A DNA stretch of 64,000 bases from Candidatus Multivoradales bacterium. GTDB lineage: Bacteria > Acidobacteriota > Thermoanaerobaculia > Multivoradales > JAHEKO01. Where the stretch lies: NCBI GenBank assembly GCA_965223155.1, contig CBDCVR010000013.1:864001-928000 (forward strand), in the 5' to 3' direction. Both the position numbers and the translations under genes were made by a program. Below, in pieces: positions 47,521 to 58,417 of the stretch. The number at the start of each line of letters is the position of its first letter. Within the stretch, counting starts at the first letter, position 1. The notes beneath the pieces were generated by a model, which had not been told where the DNA came from, searched no databases, and saw only the letters and a program-made list of their open reading frames with translations.

Positions 47521-48045
47521 CTACACGAACCGCAGTCGCACATTAAACTCCTCCCAGAGTCTCCGAACGATCTCCTCTTCACAACTACCGGACCTTACGT
47601 CTGCCACGACACGGCCCTTGCTCTCGTCCTGAAAAAGCAGCAATACGAACTCAAAATCGCCGCTCAATGTATGGACGATTGACTGCCCAATCCCTTGCTT
47701 GATTGTCGAACCATAAGGGCTCTTCTTGTACTCGACCGCAACACGATAAGGGTGCGTGAGGATGAAGTCCGGGTAGTTGCGAGAACCAAATACCGGCCGC
47801 CGCTCCCGCCCGTAGACTCCCTCTTGCCCCTCCCAGTAGAAGGATGCATGAGCTTTGGCAATTGAATCCTTGTAACCAAGCTCCGAGAAGTACATCTCTA
47901 GGTATCGCACGATCAGAGGCCGGATCTCCGTCTGCACAGCGGACTCGGACTTCTTCGCGGTTTTCCTTCTGAACTGCGGATGCTTGACAATCGCAGTCAC
48001 GAGACCGTCGAGGAATTCGGTGGCTTTCTTGGTCTTCTTTCTCAC
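47521..48045 (-). CDS. Hypothetical PD-(D/E)xK nuclease-like protein
   Basis: YPDFIL...VAVEYKK...QGIGQ; AT-richer than flanks. Confidence 0.62.
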   Translation of the reverse strand: MRKKTKKATEFLDGLVTAIVKHPQFRRKTAKKSESAVQTEIRPLIVRYLEMYFSELGYKDSIAKAHASFYWEGQEGVYGRERRPVFGSRNYPDFILTHPYRVAVEYKKSPYGSTIKQGIGQSIVHTLSGDFEFVLLLFQDESKGRVVADVRSGSCEEEIVRRLWEEFNVRLRFV

Positions 48046-48048
48046 CCC

Positions 48049-49128
<1,080 letters not shown>

Positions 49129-49261
49129 CACGAGACTCCTTCTGGTTTCTTTCTGCTCTGGCAGTCTTCTTGGACTGGTTTCTGGTGGTTTCGCGGGAGA
49201 TCCAGGATATCTCACCCGGGGTCTCCTCCTCGCGACAGAAAGGCCCGTTGCCGATCCCCAA

Positions 49262-51256
49262 CTAGCCCGGGTCTGCCGCTACGCGGCGCATCAGGACACC
49301 CTGTCCGAAGGTACCGACGTAGAGCTTGCCGCTCGCGGACAGCGACAAGCCTTGAAGGACCGTACCGTCGTTGATTCCGGTACTGAAGGGCTTCCAACGC
49401 CTGCCGCCATTCGTCGATCGGAAGACACCCATGGTTGTCGCAAGGTAGAACCGATCGCGATGGAAGGCGTCGCCCACGACTGCGGAGGGCCGCGCGCGCG
49501 GCGGCAGGCCTCGTGCGCTCCGCCGCCAACTCGCACCGCCATCCGTGCTTCGATAGAGGCAGCGCGCCCCGGTACCGCAAACGGCGACAAGGGTATTCTG
49601 CCGCCGCCGATCGATGGCAAGGTCGAGGATTCTTCGTACCTGGAGGCCGGTTCGCTGCCACGTGACTCCACGATCGTCGCTACGGGCAAGACCGTCCCGC
49701 CCACCGGCGTACACGACCCCTGATCCCGAGACCGCTCGCACGACCCCGACGAACCCCTCCAGCTCGACGTCGGAACTCGACAGCGCCTCCCAGGTCGTCC
49801 CCCGGTCCTCGCTGATGAAGAGACCTTGCCCCGTCATCGCAGAGTACACGCGGGAAGAATCGTCCGGGTCGAACTCGATGGCGAGCATCTCGCCATCACC
49901 TTCTCCGACAACCGACGAGCCCGCCAGCGTCTCGCCACCGTCCCGGGACATCGAAATCTCGTTGCGAAACCCGACAAGAACGTAGGCGGGGTCCTGAGGA
50001 TCGATGGCTATCGAGAACGCATCGTCCAGCGCGCTGCGGCGCCAGCGGCGACCGGCCTCATCCAGAAAGAAGAGTGGGGCGCCGCATTGAGCGGCGGCGA
50101 AGGTCCTCCAGGGTCCTCTTGGAGGCGCTCCGGGAGGCGCCGACACCAGCAGAGACACGGCGGCCGCCCCAACACCGTGGTCCCGCAATCGCCACCGCCG
50201 GCCAGCGTTCACGCCTCGAAAGAGGCTGCTCCGCGTGCCCGCCCAGAGATCCCTGGGCCTTCGAAGGCTCCGCAGGAGCAGCAACACCTGCTCGCCACGC
50301 AGTCCCGCTTCCACCCATGTGCGGCCTCCGTCGTTGCTCACGGCAATGCCGGGCCCTCCGTCGCTTCGCACCAGCCCCGCGGTCAGTCGATCGGGCCTGC
50401 GCGGGTCTGTTGCCAGGGCCGTAAAGACCGCGTTCGAGGGAGCGACCGACACAGCCTGCCAGTCGAGGCCACCAGGGGTGCGAAACAGGCGATCTTGCCA
50501 GGTCGCAAAGACCTCCGCGCCGGCCGAGCCAAAGGTGAAGTTGGACAACCGCTCCGGCGGCGAATTCGCAGGGCCGCTCCAGGTTCGACCGCCGTTTCTC
50601 GTCCGAAACACGCCCCGAGACGTGGAAGCGTAGACAACCGACGGCCTCTCTGGATCGACTCCAAAGTCGTTGACGTCCGCTGCCGGCGTGATCTGCTGCC
50701 ATGAGGCGCCGTCGTCACGGGAAACAAACAATCCGCCTCCCCCGGCCGGCCGGGCAGCGAGCGCATATACGGGAAAAGGAGCGGCCTGTGCGATTCGGAG
50801 ATCTCGCACTTCAAGGCTCGGCAGCCCTGCGTTTCGTCGCGTCCAGGTGTCCCCGAAGTCGTCGCTTTGAAGAACCCCGTGGAGACGATTGGCGGCAACG
50901 ATCCGCGCCGGCCTTCCTGGATGGATGGCTGCCGCCGAGAACGCGCCATCAAAGAGTCCGCTGGCGATCTCGGCCCAATTTCGGCCCCGGTCCCCGCTGG
51001 CGAAGAGCCTGCCCGTCCGACCCGAACCGACAACGGCTACGAGGAAGCCAGTCCCTACCCGTCCTTCGGCAAGGGATCGGGTCTGGTCGCAGGCCGGGCC
51101 TCCGGAGCTCTCCCAGACGTTGGTGGCAGCCATCCCTGGCGAGCTCGGTCCCGACCCCGAGACACCCAGGGCCAGGGTCAGGGACAGCGCCACGGGGAGG
51201 CTGCTCCGGCGGCGGCGAGTTCCGGACGCGGCCGTCGACCTCCTGCCTGATACCAT
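49262..51256 (-). CDS. Secreted BNR/Asp-box beta-propeller protein (VPS10/YCF48-like)
   Basis: Many S.D.G.TW Asp-box repeats; start uncertain. Confidence 0.8.
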   Translation of the reverse strand: MVSGRRSTAASGTRRRRSSLPVALSLTLALGVSGSGPSSPGMAATNVWESSGGPACDQTRSLAEGRVGTGFLVAVVGSGRTGRLFASGDRGRNWAEIASGLFDGAFSAAAIHPGRPARIVAANRLHGVLQSDDFGDTWTRRNAGLPSLEVRDLRIAQAAPFPVYALAARPAGGGGLFVSRDDGASWQQITPAADVNDFGVDPERPSVVYASTSRGVFRTRNGGRTWSGPANSPPERLSNFTFGSAGAEVFATWQDRLFRTPGGLDWQAVSVAPSNAVFTALATDPRRPDRLTAGLVRSDGGPGIAVSNDGGRTWVEAGLRGEQVLLLLRSLRRPRDLWAGTRSSLFRGVNAGRRWRLRDHGVGAAAVSLLVSAPPGAPPRGPWRTFAAAQCGAPLFFLDEAGRRWRRSALDDAFSIAIDPQDPAYVLVGFRNEISMSRDGGETLAGSSVVGEGDGEMLAIEFDPDDSSRVYSAMTGQGLFISEDRGTTWEALSSSDVELEGFVGVVRAVSGSGVVYAGGRDGLARSDDRGVTWQRTGLQVRRILDLAIDRRRQNTLVAVCGTGARCLYRSTDGGASWRRSARGLPPRARPSAVVGDAFHRDRFYLATTMGVFRSTNGGRRWKPFSTGINDGTVLQGLSLSASGKLYVGTFGQGVLMRRVAADPG

Positions 51257-51379
51257 CTGCGACCCGGGGCGTCCTACTCCTCCCGCGACCACTCGACTCA
51301 AACCGGACACCCGGCGATCATACTGAAGTCTTCGTCTCAGTCGGATCCACCCGGCAAAGACAACACACCGGCTCCGACG

Positions 51380-51406
51380 CGGCGCGACCGGCCTCCGGTC
51401 GCGCCG
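51380..51406 (-). terminator. 12-bp hairpin after the hydrolase gene
   Basis: CGGCGCGACCGG-CCT-CCGGTCGCGCCG. Confidence 0.5.
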
Positions 51407-51409
51407 TCA

Positions 51410-52303
51410 CTAGCCTCTCAGGAACTCGCGAAGCCGCTCCCAGACAACGTCCCGCCCCAGGAGATCGTTATGGCCGGCGCCGACGACTTCGAGGTATTCG
51501 GCCAGATTGGAGCCCCAGCCCGGGTCTGAGTCTGAACCTGAACGGCTACCGAGCTCTCGAACGCTCGCCGCCAGGTCCCGTCCCAGCTCGGCCGGAATGA
51601 TGCGGTCGTCGGTGCCGTGGACGACGAGCACCGGAAGCGGATTCGCCGTCAGCGCCGAAGCCAGCGCGGACCGGGTGTCGTAGGTCTCGCGCAGAAGCAT
51701 GCCTACCATCCAGGCCGGGTAGTGGCGGGACGCGATCTCATGGAGGGTCGTCCAGGGGCTCAGGAGAGCCAGCCCGGCAAAGCCATCTCCGCCGGAAGCA
51801 TCCGGATCGGCAGAGCCGGGCGCGGCCGCTGACGCGCTAGCGACCTGCGCCGCGACCGCGGCGCCGAGCGACCAGCCGACAAGGTAGACGCGGCTGTCGG
51901 GATGCCGGCGGGCGAGCTCAGCGGCGGCGGCCGCTCCGGCGGCTATGTTGGCCTCCTCGGACGGGCTCCCGCCGCTTCGGCCGTAGCCGGGATAGTCGAC
52001 CACCAGGGCGTGGACGCCGAGTGCGTGGAGACGATCGAGGGTCCCCGCCTGGCGCAGGGTCTCGAGGTTCTCGCCGTTGCCGTGGAAGAAGACGACCGCC
52101 GGCGCGGACGGTTCGGCAGCCGTGTGAGCCCAGGCCACGCTCCCAGCCTCCGAGCCGTCGCCCAGCACGACTTCCTCGAAGCCCGGAGGAGGCGGCCCCA
52201 CCGCGATCGGCGGCGCCGGGTACAGAAGCGACTTCATCGAGCAGGCCGGCAGCAGGAGCAGTCCCGCCATCCAGACGAGGCAGGACGGTAGGCGGGCGCC
52301 CAC
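51410..52303 (-). CDS. Alpha/beta hydrolase (ABHD17-like), probable lipoprotein
   Basis: FHGNGEN, DYPGYGRS, GWSLG, HGTDD, GAGHND. Confidence 0.88.
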   Translation of the reverse strand: MGARLPSCLVWMAGLLLLPACSMKSLLYPAPPIAVGPPPPGFEEVVLGDGSEAGSVAWAHTAAEPSAPAVVFFHGNGENLETLRQAGTLDRLHALGVHALVVDYPGYGRSGGSPSEEANIAAGAAAAAELARRHPDSRVYLVGWSLGAAVAAQVASASAAAPGSADPDASGGDGFAGLALLSPWTTLHEIASRHYPAWMVGMLLRETYDTRSALASALTANPLPVLVVHGTDDRIIPAELGRDLAASVRELGSRSGSDSDPGWGSNLAEYLEVVGAGHNDLLGRDVVWERLREFLRG

Positions 52304-52310
52304 GAGCCGA

Positions 52311-52934
52311 TCAAGCCGGCACCGGCAGCTCGAGGCCGCAGCGCTCCAAGAGGTTCTGGATGATCCGGGCGGTCAGGCCCCAGACCTGGTGCCGGCCGAC
52401 GTGGTAGATGCGAATCGACCGGTCCACGTCGTTGACGGTGACCACCCGGTCCTCGACCACCCTGGCGTCGGCGAAGGCGGTCAGGGGAATCGAGAAGACT
52501 TCGGCGATCTCGGCCTCGTTGATGCGGGTCTCGAACGGAAAGGGCACGGCTCCGACGCAGGGCCGAATGGTGTAGCCGCTGAAGGTCTCCAGATCGTCGA
52601 GCTGGCCGATCCGCGCCACTCGCCGGCCGTCCAGACCGACCTCTTCATTGGATTCACGGAGCGCTGCGTCCCAGGCGGCCTCGCCCAGCTCGCAGCCGCC
52701 GCCCGGAAACGCCACCTGCCCGCTGTGCTGGGGCAGCTCGTCCGAGCGCCTGGTCAAGAACAGCCAGAGCTCGCCCGCTTCGACGTACAGAGGCACCAGC
52801 ACGGCGGCGCGGCGGCTGGCGCCCGCCTGCTTCCGAACCGGCTCCGGCTCGGCCAAGCGGGCACGCAGCTCGGTGATCCAGCTCGGGCCAGCGGCGGAGA
52901 CCTCGGTCGGCTCGCTCGTTTCGGTCGCGGACAT
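52311..52934 (-). CDS. Nudix CoA pyrophosphatase
   Basis: AAVLVPL, LTRRS, HSGQVAFPGG, ALRESNEEVGL, VWGLTA. Confidence 0.92.
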   Translation of the reverse strand: MSATETSEPTEVSAAGPSWITELRARLAEPEPVRKQAGASRRAAVLVPLYVEAGELWLFLTRRSDELPQHSGQVAFPGGGCELGEAAWDAALRESNEEVGLDGRRVARIGQLDDLETFSGYTIRPCVGAVPFPFETRINEAEIAEVFSIPLTAFADARVVEDRVVTVNDVDRSIRIYHVGRHQVWGLTARIIQNLLERCGLELPVPA

Positions 52935-53147
52935 CGGGCAAGTTTCGCCGATCTCGGCGCGGCGGGGCAACTCCCGGCCAGCATGCGGTCTCGAACCGCG
53001 TCCGGCAAGTCCCGTCCCGCTGCATCGCTTCCCTACTCCTTCGGAGCGGACTCCCTCCGCTCCATGCGCGCAGCCGTCTCCTCTATGACAGTCTTTGACT
53101 GCGAGGTCGCGTGCAGGCGACGGTCGCAACCACCTACCGCTACCGTC

Positions 53148-53804
53148 ATGGGACTCGTCACCGACCGCCTCGCCGGCTCCGAGCCCGTCCTGGACAAGGG
53201 TGACGTCACCGTCCTCGACGCCGTCTTACGATCCTGGCGGGATCCCGAGCATCCCGATCGGGACGCGATCGGCGCCGAGATGGCCGAGCTGCTGTCATCT
53301 GAAGACAACCGCCTGCGAGCGGCGGCCTGTGTCTTCTTCCGCACCTTCGGCGAGGCACCCGACGCCGGCCGGCTCTTCGAGGCGATCACGAACACGCCCG
53401 AGGCCTTCGACGGCGTCGAGAATCCTTGGACCCAGGAGGCCGCCGATCTGCGCGGCCTCGTGGCGGCCGCGCTCGCCGCCCGGCTCCCGGCCGCGGGTGA
53501 GGCCGTCCGGCGTTGGGTCCAGGCCGAAGCTCTGGCTCCCGGGCGCGGTAGCACCAAGGTTCTGGCCGGGCTGACTCGCGCCGAGCCGGATTGGGTGCAC
53601 GAGCACGCCGGCGAGATCGCCACCGCGAATCCGAAGACCCTGCCACTCCTCGTGACCCTGCTGCAGCGCGCCGGGCGGCTCGACGCCGAAGTCGTGCAGC
53701 GGCTGGCCGAGATCGATTCGTCCGAGGTCCTCGCCGCGCTCGAGCGCTTCCCGGGCGACGGACCCGAGCGGGCGCTCCTGGCCGAGCTTCGGAGCGGGGC
53801 TTAG
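53148..53804 (+). CDS. Hypothetical alpha-helical protein
   Basis: ORF from MGLVTDRL with host-like codon usage, filling the gap between minus-strand genes. Confidence 0.62.
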   Translation: MGLVTDRLAGSEPVLDKGDVTVLDAVLRSWRDPEHPDRDAIGAEMAELLSSEDNRLRAAACVFFRTFGEAPDAGRLFEAITNTPEAFDGVENPWTQEAADLRGLVAAALAARLPAAGEAVRRWVQAEALAPGRGSTKVLAGLTRAEPDWVHEHAGEIATANPKTLPLLVTLLQRAGRLDAEVVQRLAEIDSSEVLAALERFPGDGPERALLAELRSGA

Positions 53805-55654
53805 GAGCCCGGGCTCTCGGGTACGACCGCCGGCACGACCGAAAAGGCAACGCCGGCCTCGCCGGCCTGATCCACCGCCAGACGCATCCGGAACATCCGG
53901 TAGGAGCGCTCGCCGGTCCAGAGACGGTGCCGGGCAAGGCCCTGCTTTTCGGGCTCGAAGCGGTAGGTGGTGCCGCCATCGGGCCGGAAGATGAGGTTCT
54001 GGAGGGTCGCTCCTCCGACTTCGACCGCGTCCTCCGAGCCCGCGCGGCCGGCCGCTCCCGCCCTCATCTCGACGTCGAAATACGCAAGCTCGCCGGCGGT
54101 CGCGATCAGAAGTTCGCCGGACGCCCGCCGTCCTGGCGAGCCGGCCGGGCGCAGCACGAAGTGCGAGCGCCGGCCGCCGGAGTCGAGGTTGGCGCTTACC
54201 GCCCGCACGATCGAATCGTTGGTCACCACCTCGGCCGCGGTCGGCAGGTAGCGCTGGGTGCTCTCGACCGGCAGGCGGGCCGCCACCGGTCCGACGATCG
54301 CGTTCTGGCGCAGATCCCCGGCGTGGCTGAGCGGGTGGGCCCAGAGCGGCAGCGTCAAGACGCCGCCGAGGATCGCCGCGGCGGCGGCGATTGCCGGCCG
54401 CGCCGGCATCCGGACTCCAGCCGCTAGGACCGGCAGGGCCGGCAGCAGACGCCGGCAACCCAGGGCCTCGGCCCCTCCCAAGAGATCGAAGGGCTCGAGC
54501 AGCACGATGGCGGCGAGACTCACCGCCGCGCCGGCCGTGACGACCCGGTCGACGCCCCCAGAGGTGGCGACGAGAATCCAGAGCGGCAAGGCCAGGAGGA
54601 GCACGCCACCGGTGCGCCCGACGAGGGCATAGACGAGGTTCCAACCGACGAGGCTCGGCTCCAGAGCCAAGCGGTCCGAAACGGCGACGCCGCTAGCCGT
54701 CGCCGCGCGCTCGGCCCAGGTTCGGGCTTGGCCGACTTTGTCGGTCGCCAAGACACCGACGCTCGGGTCGTCGGCGAAAACGTTGCCGTCCGGCACCGCC
54801 AGCCGGTCGGTCAGGAAGAGCCCGCCGAGGACCAAAATCGCCCCCAGGGCCAGGGCGGCGAGCCGGGTCGGCGTCGCCAGGCCGCGGCCGGCGAAGGCCA
54901 CGGCCAGGGCCACCGGCGCGAGATAGGGCTCCTGCGCCACGGCCGCGCCGAGCAGAATCCCGGCCAGGAGCCAGGCCGGAGCCGGTAGCGCCGCGGATCC
55001 CAGATCCACGAAGATCTCGGGTAGAGGGCCGCTGGGAAGCGCCCCCCAACGCAGGATCACGTAGGCGGCGAGCAGGGCGGCCGCCACCAGGAGCTCGGGC
55101 CAGGCCGACCGGGCATAGGCGGCGAGCGGCGTTCCGGCGAGGACGGCGACGGCCCAGAGGGGCGCCGAGGATGGGTTCTCGGCTCGGAGCCAATAGGCCA
55201 GAAGCCAACCCAGGAACACCAGAAGAGCGGCGTTTAACAACAACATCCCTCGCTCCGGGGCCACCAGGGCCAAGGGCGCGGCCGCCAGGGCGAACGGGAG
55301 GGGCCGGTAGTAGCGAAGCTCGGGCTCGGCGGTTTCGGAGCCAGCGCTTCCGCCCGAGGCCAGGCGAACCTGGAGATCTTCGGGCCAGCCTTCGTCCGCG
55401 GCCGCCGCCTTCTCCAAGAAGCGCTCGCGGTCCTCTTGGGTGTAGGCAAGATCGCCGTCCCGCGCGAGGCTTTCGGCCTGAAGGTACGCGGTCGCCTCTT
55501 GGTCTCCGCGAGGCGTCGGATCCACGACCAGCGAGGCGCCGACGGCGGCTACTAGGAGCGCCGCCAGGAGCAGCCAGCCAAGGGCCTGGCTCAGGACCTG
55601 GTTCGGAGCCTGGCTCGCAGATGGGCCCGCTAGCTTCTTGACGAGTTCTTGCAC
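53801..55654 (-). CDS. Polytopic membrane protein (GT-C glycosyltransferase-like)
   Basis: GDQEATAYLQAESLARDGDL loop after TM1, many TMs, G.RRLLP; next to a GT4 gene. Confidence 0.65.
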   Translation of the reverse strand: MQELVKKLAGPSASQAPNQVLSQALGWLLLAALLVAAVGASLVVDPTPRGDQEATAYLQAESLARDGDLAYTQEDRERFLEKAAAADEGWPEDLQVRLASGGSAGSETAEPELRYYRPLPFALAAAPLALVAPERGMLLLNAALLVFLGWLLAYWLRAENPSSAPLWAVAVLAGTPLAAYARSAWPELLVAAALLAAYVILRWGALPSGPLPEIFVDLGSAALPAPAWLLAGILLGAAVAQEPYLAPVALAVAFAGRGLATPTRLAALALGAILVLGGLFLTDRLAVPDGNVFADDPSVGVLATDKVGQARTWAERAATASGVAVSDRLALEPSLVGWNLVYALVGRTGGVLLLALPLWILVATSGGVDRVVTAGAAVSLAAIVLLEPFDLLGGAEALGCRRLLPALPVLAAGVRMPARPAIAAAAAILGGVLTLPLWAHPLSHAGDLRQNAIVGPVAARLPVESTQRYLPTAAEVVTNDSIVRAVSANLDSGGRRSHFVLRPAGSPGRRASGELLIATAGELAYFDVEMRAGAAGRAGSEDAVEVGGATLQNLIFRPDGGTTYRFEPEKQGLARHRLWTGERSYRMFRMRLAVDQAGEAGVAFSVVPAVVPESPGS

Positions 55655-55682
55655 GGTGACGACGGGCGGCTTGCCGGCTCGA

Positions 55683-57287
55683 TCAGTCGTACTCGCCGAC
55701 CCAGGACGGGCCGCCCAGGCCGGCCAGCCCCGAGATGAACTCGACGTGCGGCTCGATCACCAGGAACCGGCTCTGTCGAGGACGGCGCAAGGCGAAGCGG
55801 AAGGTGTAGGCGTCTCCGGTGTCCAGACGCCGCGGCAGCTCTTCTTGCAGATCCACGAGCGCGTCACCGCCTCGCTCGCTTCGCCACTCGACCCCCAGGA
55901 GCACGCCACCGGGCTTGTCCTTCGTCGCCAGCCAGCGCGCCCGACCGGTGTTGGTCAGCGTGACCTCGAGCTCGCGCCGCGCGCCCTCGGGCCAATCGGC
56001 GTCGGCGCCCGAGACCGCGATCTCGCCGGGGAGCTCACACCAGAGAAGCGAGGTGGGCGGCGCCACCTTGGCTTCGCGCTCGGGCGGCGGCTCGAGCCCA
56101 GCCAGCTCAGAGGCCGCGGCCACCACGGCCTCGGCCGCCCGGCGCGGGTCGTGGGTCTCGGCGACGTAGGCCCTTGCCCGCTCCCCCATCTGGGCAAGCC
56201 GCTCAGGCTCGGCCAGGATCTCGCCGGCGGTCGCCGCCAGGGCCTCGGCTTCGCCCTCCCCCAGTGGCACGTGAACCACGATGTCCGGCGACAGCTCCCG
56301 GAACTGGGCGTAGTCGGAGACGATCGTGGGCCGGCCGAGGGCCAGCACCCGAAGCAGCGAGGCCGAGGTCTCGCCCGCGGTCGGATACCGGAGGTTGATA
56401 CAGAGGTCGCAGGCCGCGATCGCGGTGCCGAACTCGGCATAGGGCAGAAAGCCGGTGACGTGAACGCGGTCGGCGACTCCGAGGTCCGAGGCCCTCTCTT
56501 CCAGGCCCATCCCCGCCGAGACTTCTCCGGCGATCACCAGATGGGCGTCTTCGAGGCCGGGCTGGGCCAGCGCCTCGATCGCCACCGCCGTACGCTTGAT
56601 CGGCGTCTGGAATCCGAAGGAACCCAGGAGCGGCCGGTCTCCGGGCAGACCGTGACGCTCGCGGAACGCGGCGGCGGCGTCCGCGCCCTCCGGCTCGGGC
56701 AGGGGAACGCCCATGGGCACGACCCGGACGGCGACGTCCGGGTTCTCTTCGAGCACCTGATCGGCAGCCCAGCGGCTATGGACCAACACTCCCCGCTGGG
56801 AGCGCACCAGGGTGCGGTGCGCCGGCAGCTCGAACATGGCGGCGCTCGAAAGCTCACCCCAGGCCCTGGCCTTGGCGGTCAGCCGGCCGATCCAGCCGTG
56901 ATCGGCTTCCAGCCGTTCGGCATAGGCGTCGAAGTCGCCGTGCGCCAGCGTGGCCTCGATCAGGAGGTGGTGGAGGACGACGTCATGGAGCGTCACCACG
57001 CCCGGAATCTCGAGGGCCAGGCACAGAACCTCCTCGTGGTGCGGGTTGTTGCCCATCTGGAAGAGCGGCAGCCGGCCGTCTTCCCCGAGCCGATCCGCCT
57101 CGACCGGGGCGTAGGTCGCCACCATCTCGTCCGAGACCTCCTGGCCGGGAAGCCTCACCACCCGGACGTCGGCCAGGTCGGCCAGCGCAGCTAGTAGGTC
57201 GCGGCTGTAGTCGGCGATGCCCGAGCGCACCGGCGGCAGCGGTGAGACGTAATCGAGCGAAAGCGAGCGGTCGGCGGAGTCGGACAT
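55683..57287 (-). CDS. Glycosyltransferase family 4
   Basis: SPLPPVRSGIADYS, QMGNNPHH, LHD, NLRYPTAGETSA. Confidence 0.9.
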   Translation of the reverse strand: MSDSADRSLSLDYVSPLPPVRSGIADYSRDLLAALADLADVRVVRLPGQEVSDEMVATYAPVEADRLGEDGRLPLFQMGNNPHHEEVLCLALEIPGVVTLHDVVLHHLLIEATLAHGDFDAYAERLEADHGWIGRLTAKARAWGELSSAAMFELPAHRTLVRSQRGVLVHSRWAADQVLEENPDVAVRVVPMGVPLPEPEGADAAAAFRERHGLPGDRPLLGSFGFQTPIKRTAVAIEALAQPGLEDAHLVIAGEVSAGMGLEERASDLGVADRVHVTGFLPYAEFGTAIAACDLCINLRYPTAGETSASLLRVLALGRPTIVSDYAQFRELSPDIVVHVPLGEGEAEALAATAGEILAEPERLAQMGERARAYVAETHDPRRAAEAVVAAASELAGLEPPPEREAKVAPPTSLLWCELPGEIAVSGADADWPEGARRELEVTLTNTGRARWLATKDKPGGVLLGVEWRSERGGDALVDLQEELPRRLDTGDAYTFRFALRRPRQSRFLVIEPHVEFISGLAGLGGPSWVGEYD

Positions 57288-57294
57288 GTCTCGG

Positions 57295-58417
57295 CTAGGA
57301 GCCCGTCGCGGAGCTGGCGGCGCTCGAATCGATTTGGCTTTCCAGCAGGGCTTCGATGAATGGGTCGATGCCCCCGTCCAGAACTTTCTGCGTGTCCCCC
57401 ACTTCAGCCTTGGTGCGGTGGTCCTTGACCATGCGATACGGGTGCAGGACGTAGCTTCGAATCTGGCTGCCCCAGGCGATATCCAACTTCTCGCCCTCAC
57501 GCTCGGCCTGCTCTTCGCGCCGCTTCTGCATCTCCAGGTCGTACAGCCGGGCTTTCAGGATCTTCATCGCGGTCGCCCGGTTCTTGATCTGGCTGCGCTC
57601 GTTCTGGCAGGCCACGACGATGTTGGTCGGCATGTGGGTGATGCGCACGGCGGACTCGGTCTTGTTGACGTGCTGGCCGCCGGCGCCCGAGGCTCGGTAG
57701 GTGTCGATGCGGAGGTCCTTGTCCTCGATGTCGATCTCGACGTCGTCGTCCACCTCGGGATAGACGTAGACCGAGGCGAAGGACGTGTGCCGGCGGTTCT
57801 GGGAGTCGAACGGGCTGATCCGTACCAGCCGGTGCACGCCGCTCTCGCCCTTCAAGTAGCCGTAGGCGTAGTCGCCGCGCACCGCCACGGTGGCGCTCTT
57901 GATCCCGGCCTCTTCGCCGTCCAGGCGCTCCAGAAGCTGGATCTCGTAGCCGTGCTCCTCGCCCCAGCGCAGGTACATGCGCAGCAGCATCTCGGCCCAG
58001 TCCTGGGACTCGGTGCCGCCGGCGCCGGGATGAATCGCCACCAGTGCCGCCTTCTCGTCGTCCGGCCCGGAGAGCTTCAGCAGCAGCTCCAGCTCCTGGA
58101 TCTCGGTGTCGATACGCGCCAGGAAGGCCTCGGCCTCGGCGTCCATCTCGCCCTCGGCCAAGAGCTCGCGCCAGGTGGCCAGCTCTTCGCCGTCAGTGCG
58201 AAGCTTGTCCAGGGTCTCGATCCGCCGCTCCAGACCGCGGCGGCGCCTCAGAGTCGTTGCGCTTTGCTTGGGGTCGTCCCAGAAGCCGGGCGCTTCCATC
58301 TCGCGATCGATGGCAGCGATCTCGTGCTCGAGGCCGGTATCCTCAAAGATACCCCCTGAGCAGCTCGAGGCGGCTTGCCAGCTGCTCCATGTGTTGCTGC
58401 GTTTCGATCGGAATCAT
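57295..58417 (-). CDS. prfB: Peptide chain release factor 2 with programmed +1 frameshift
   Basis: ...LRGYL then AGGGGG TAT CTT TGA G (UGA 58343-58345); SPF and GGQ motifs. Confidence 0.97.
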
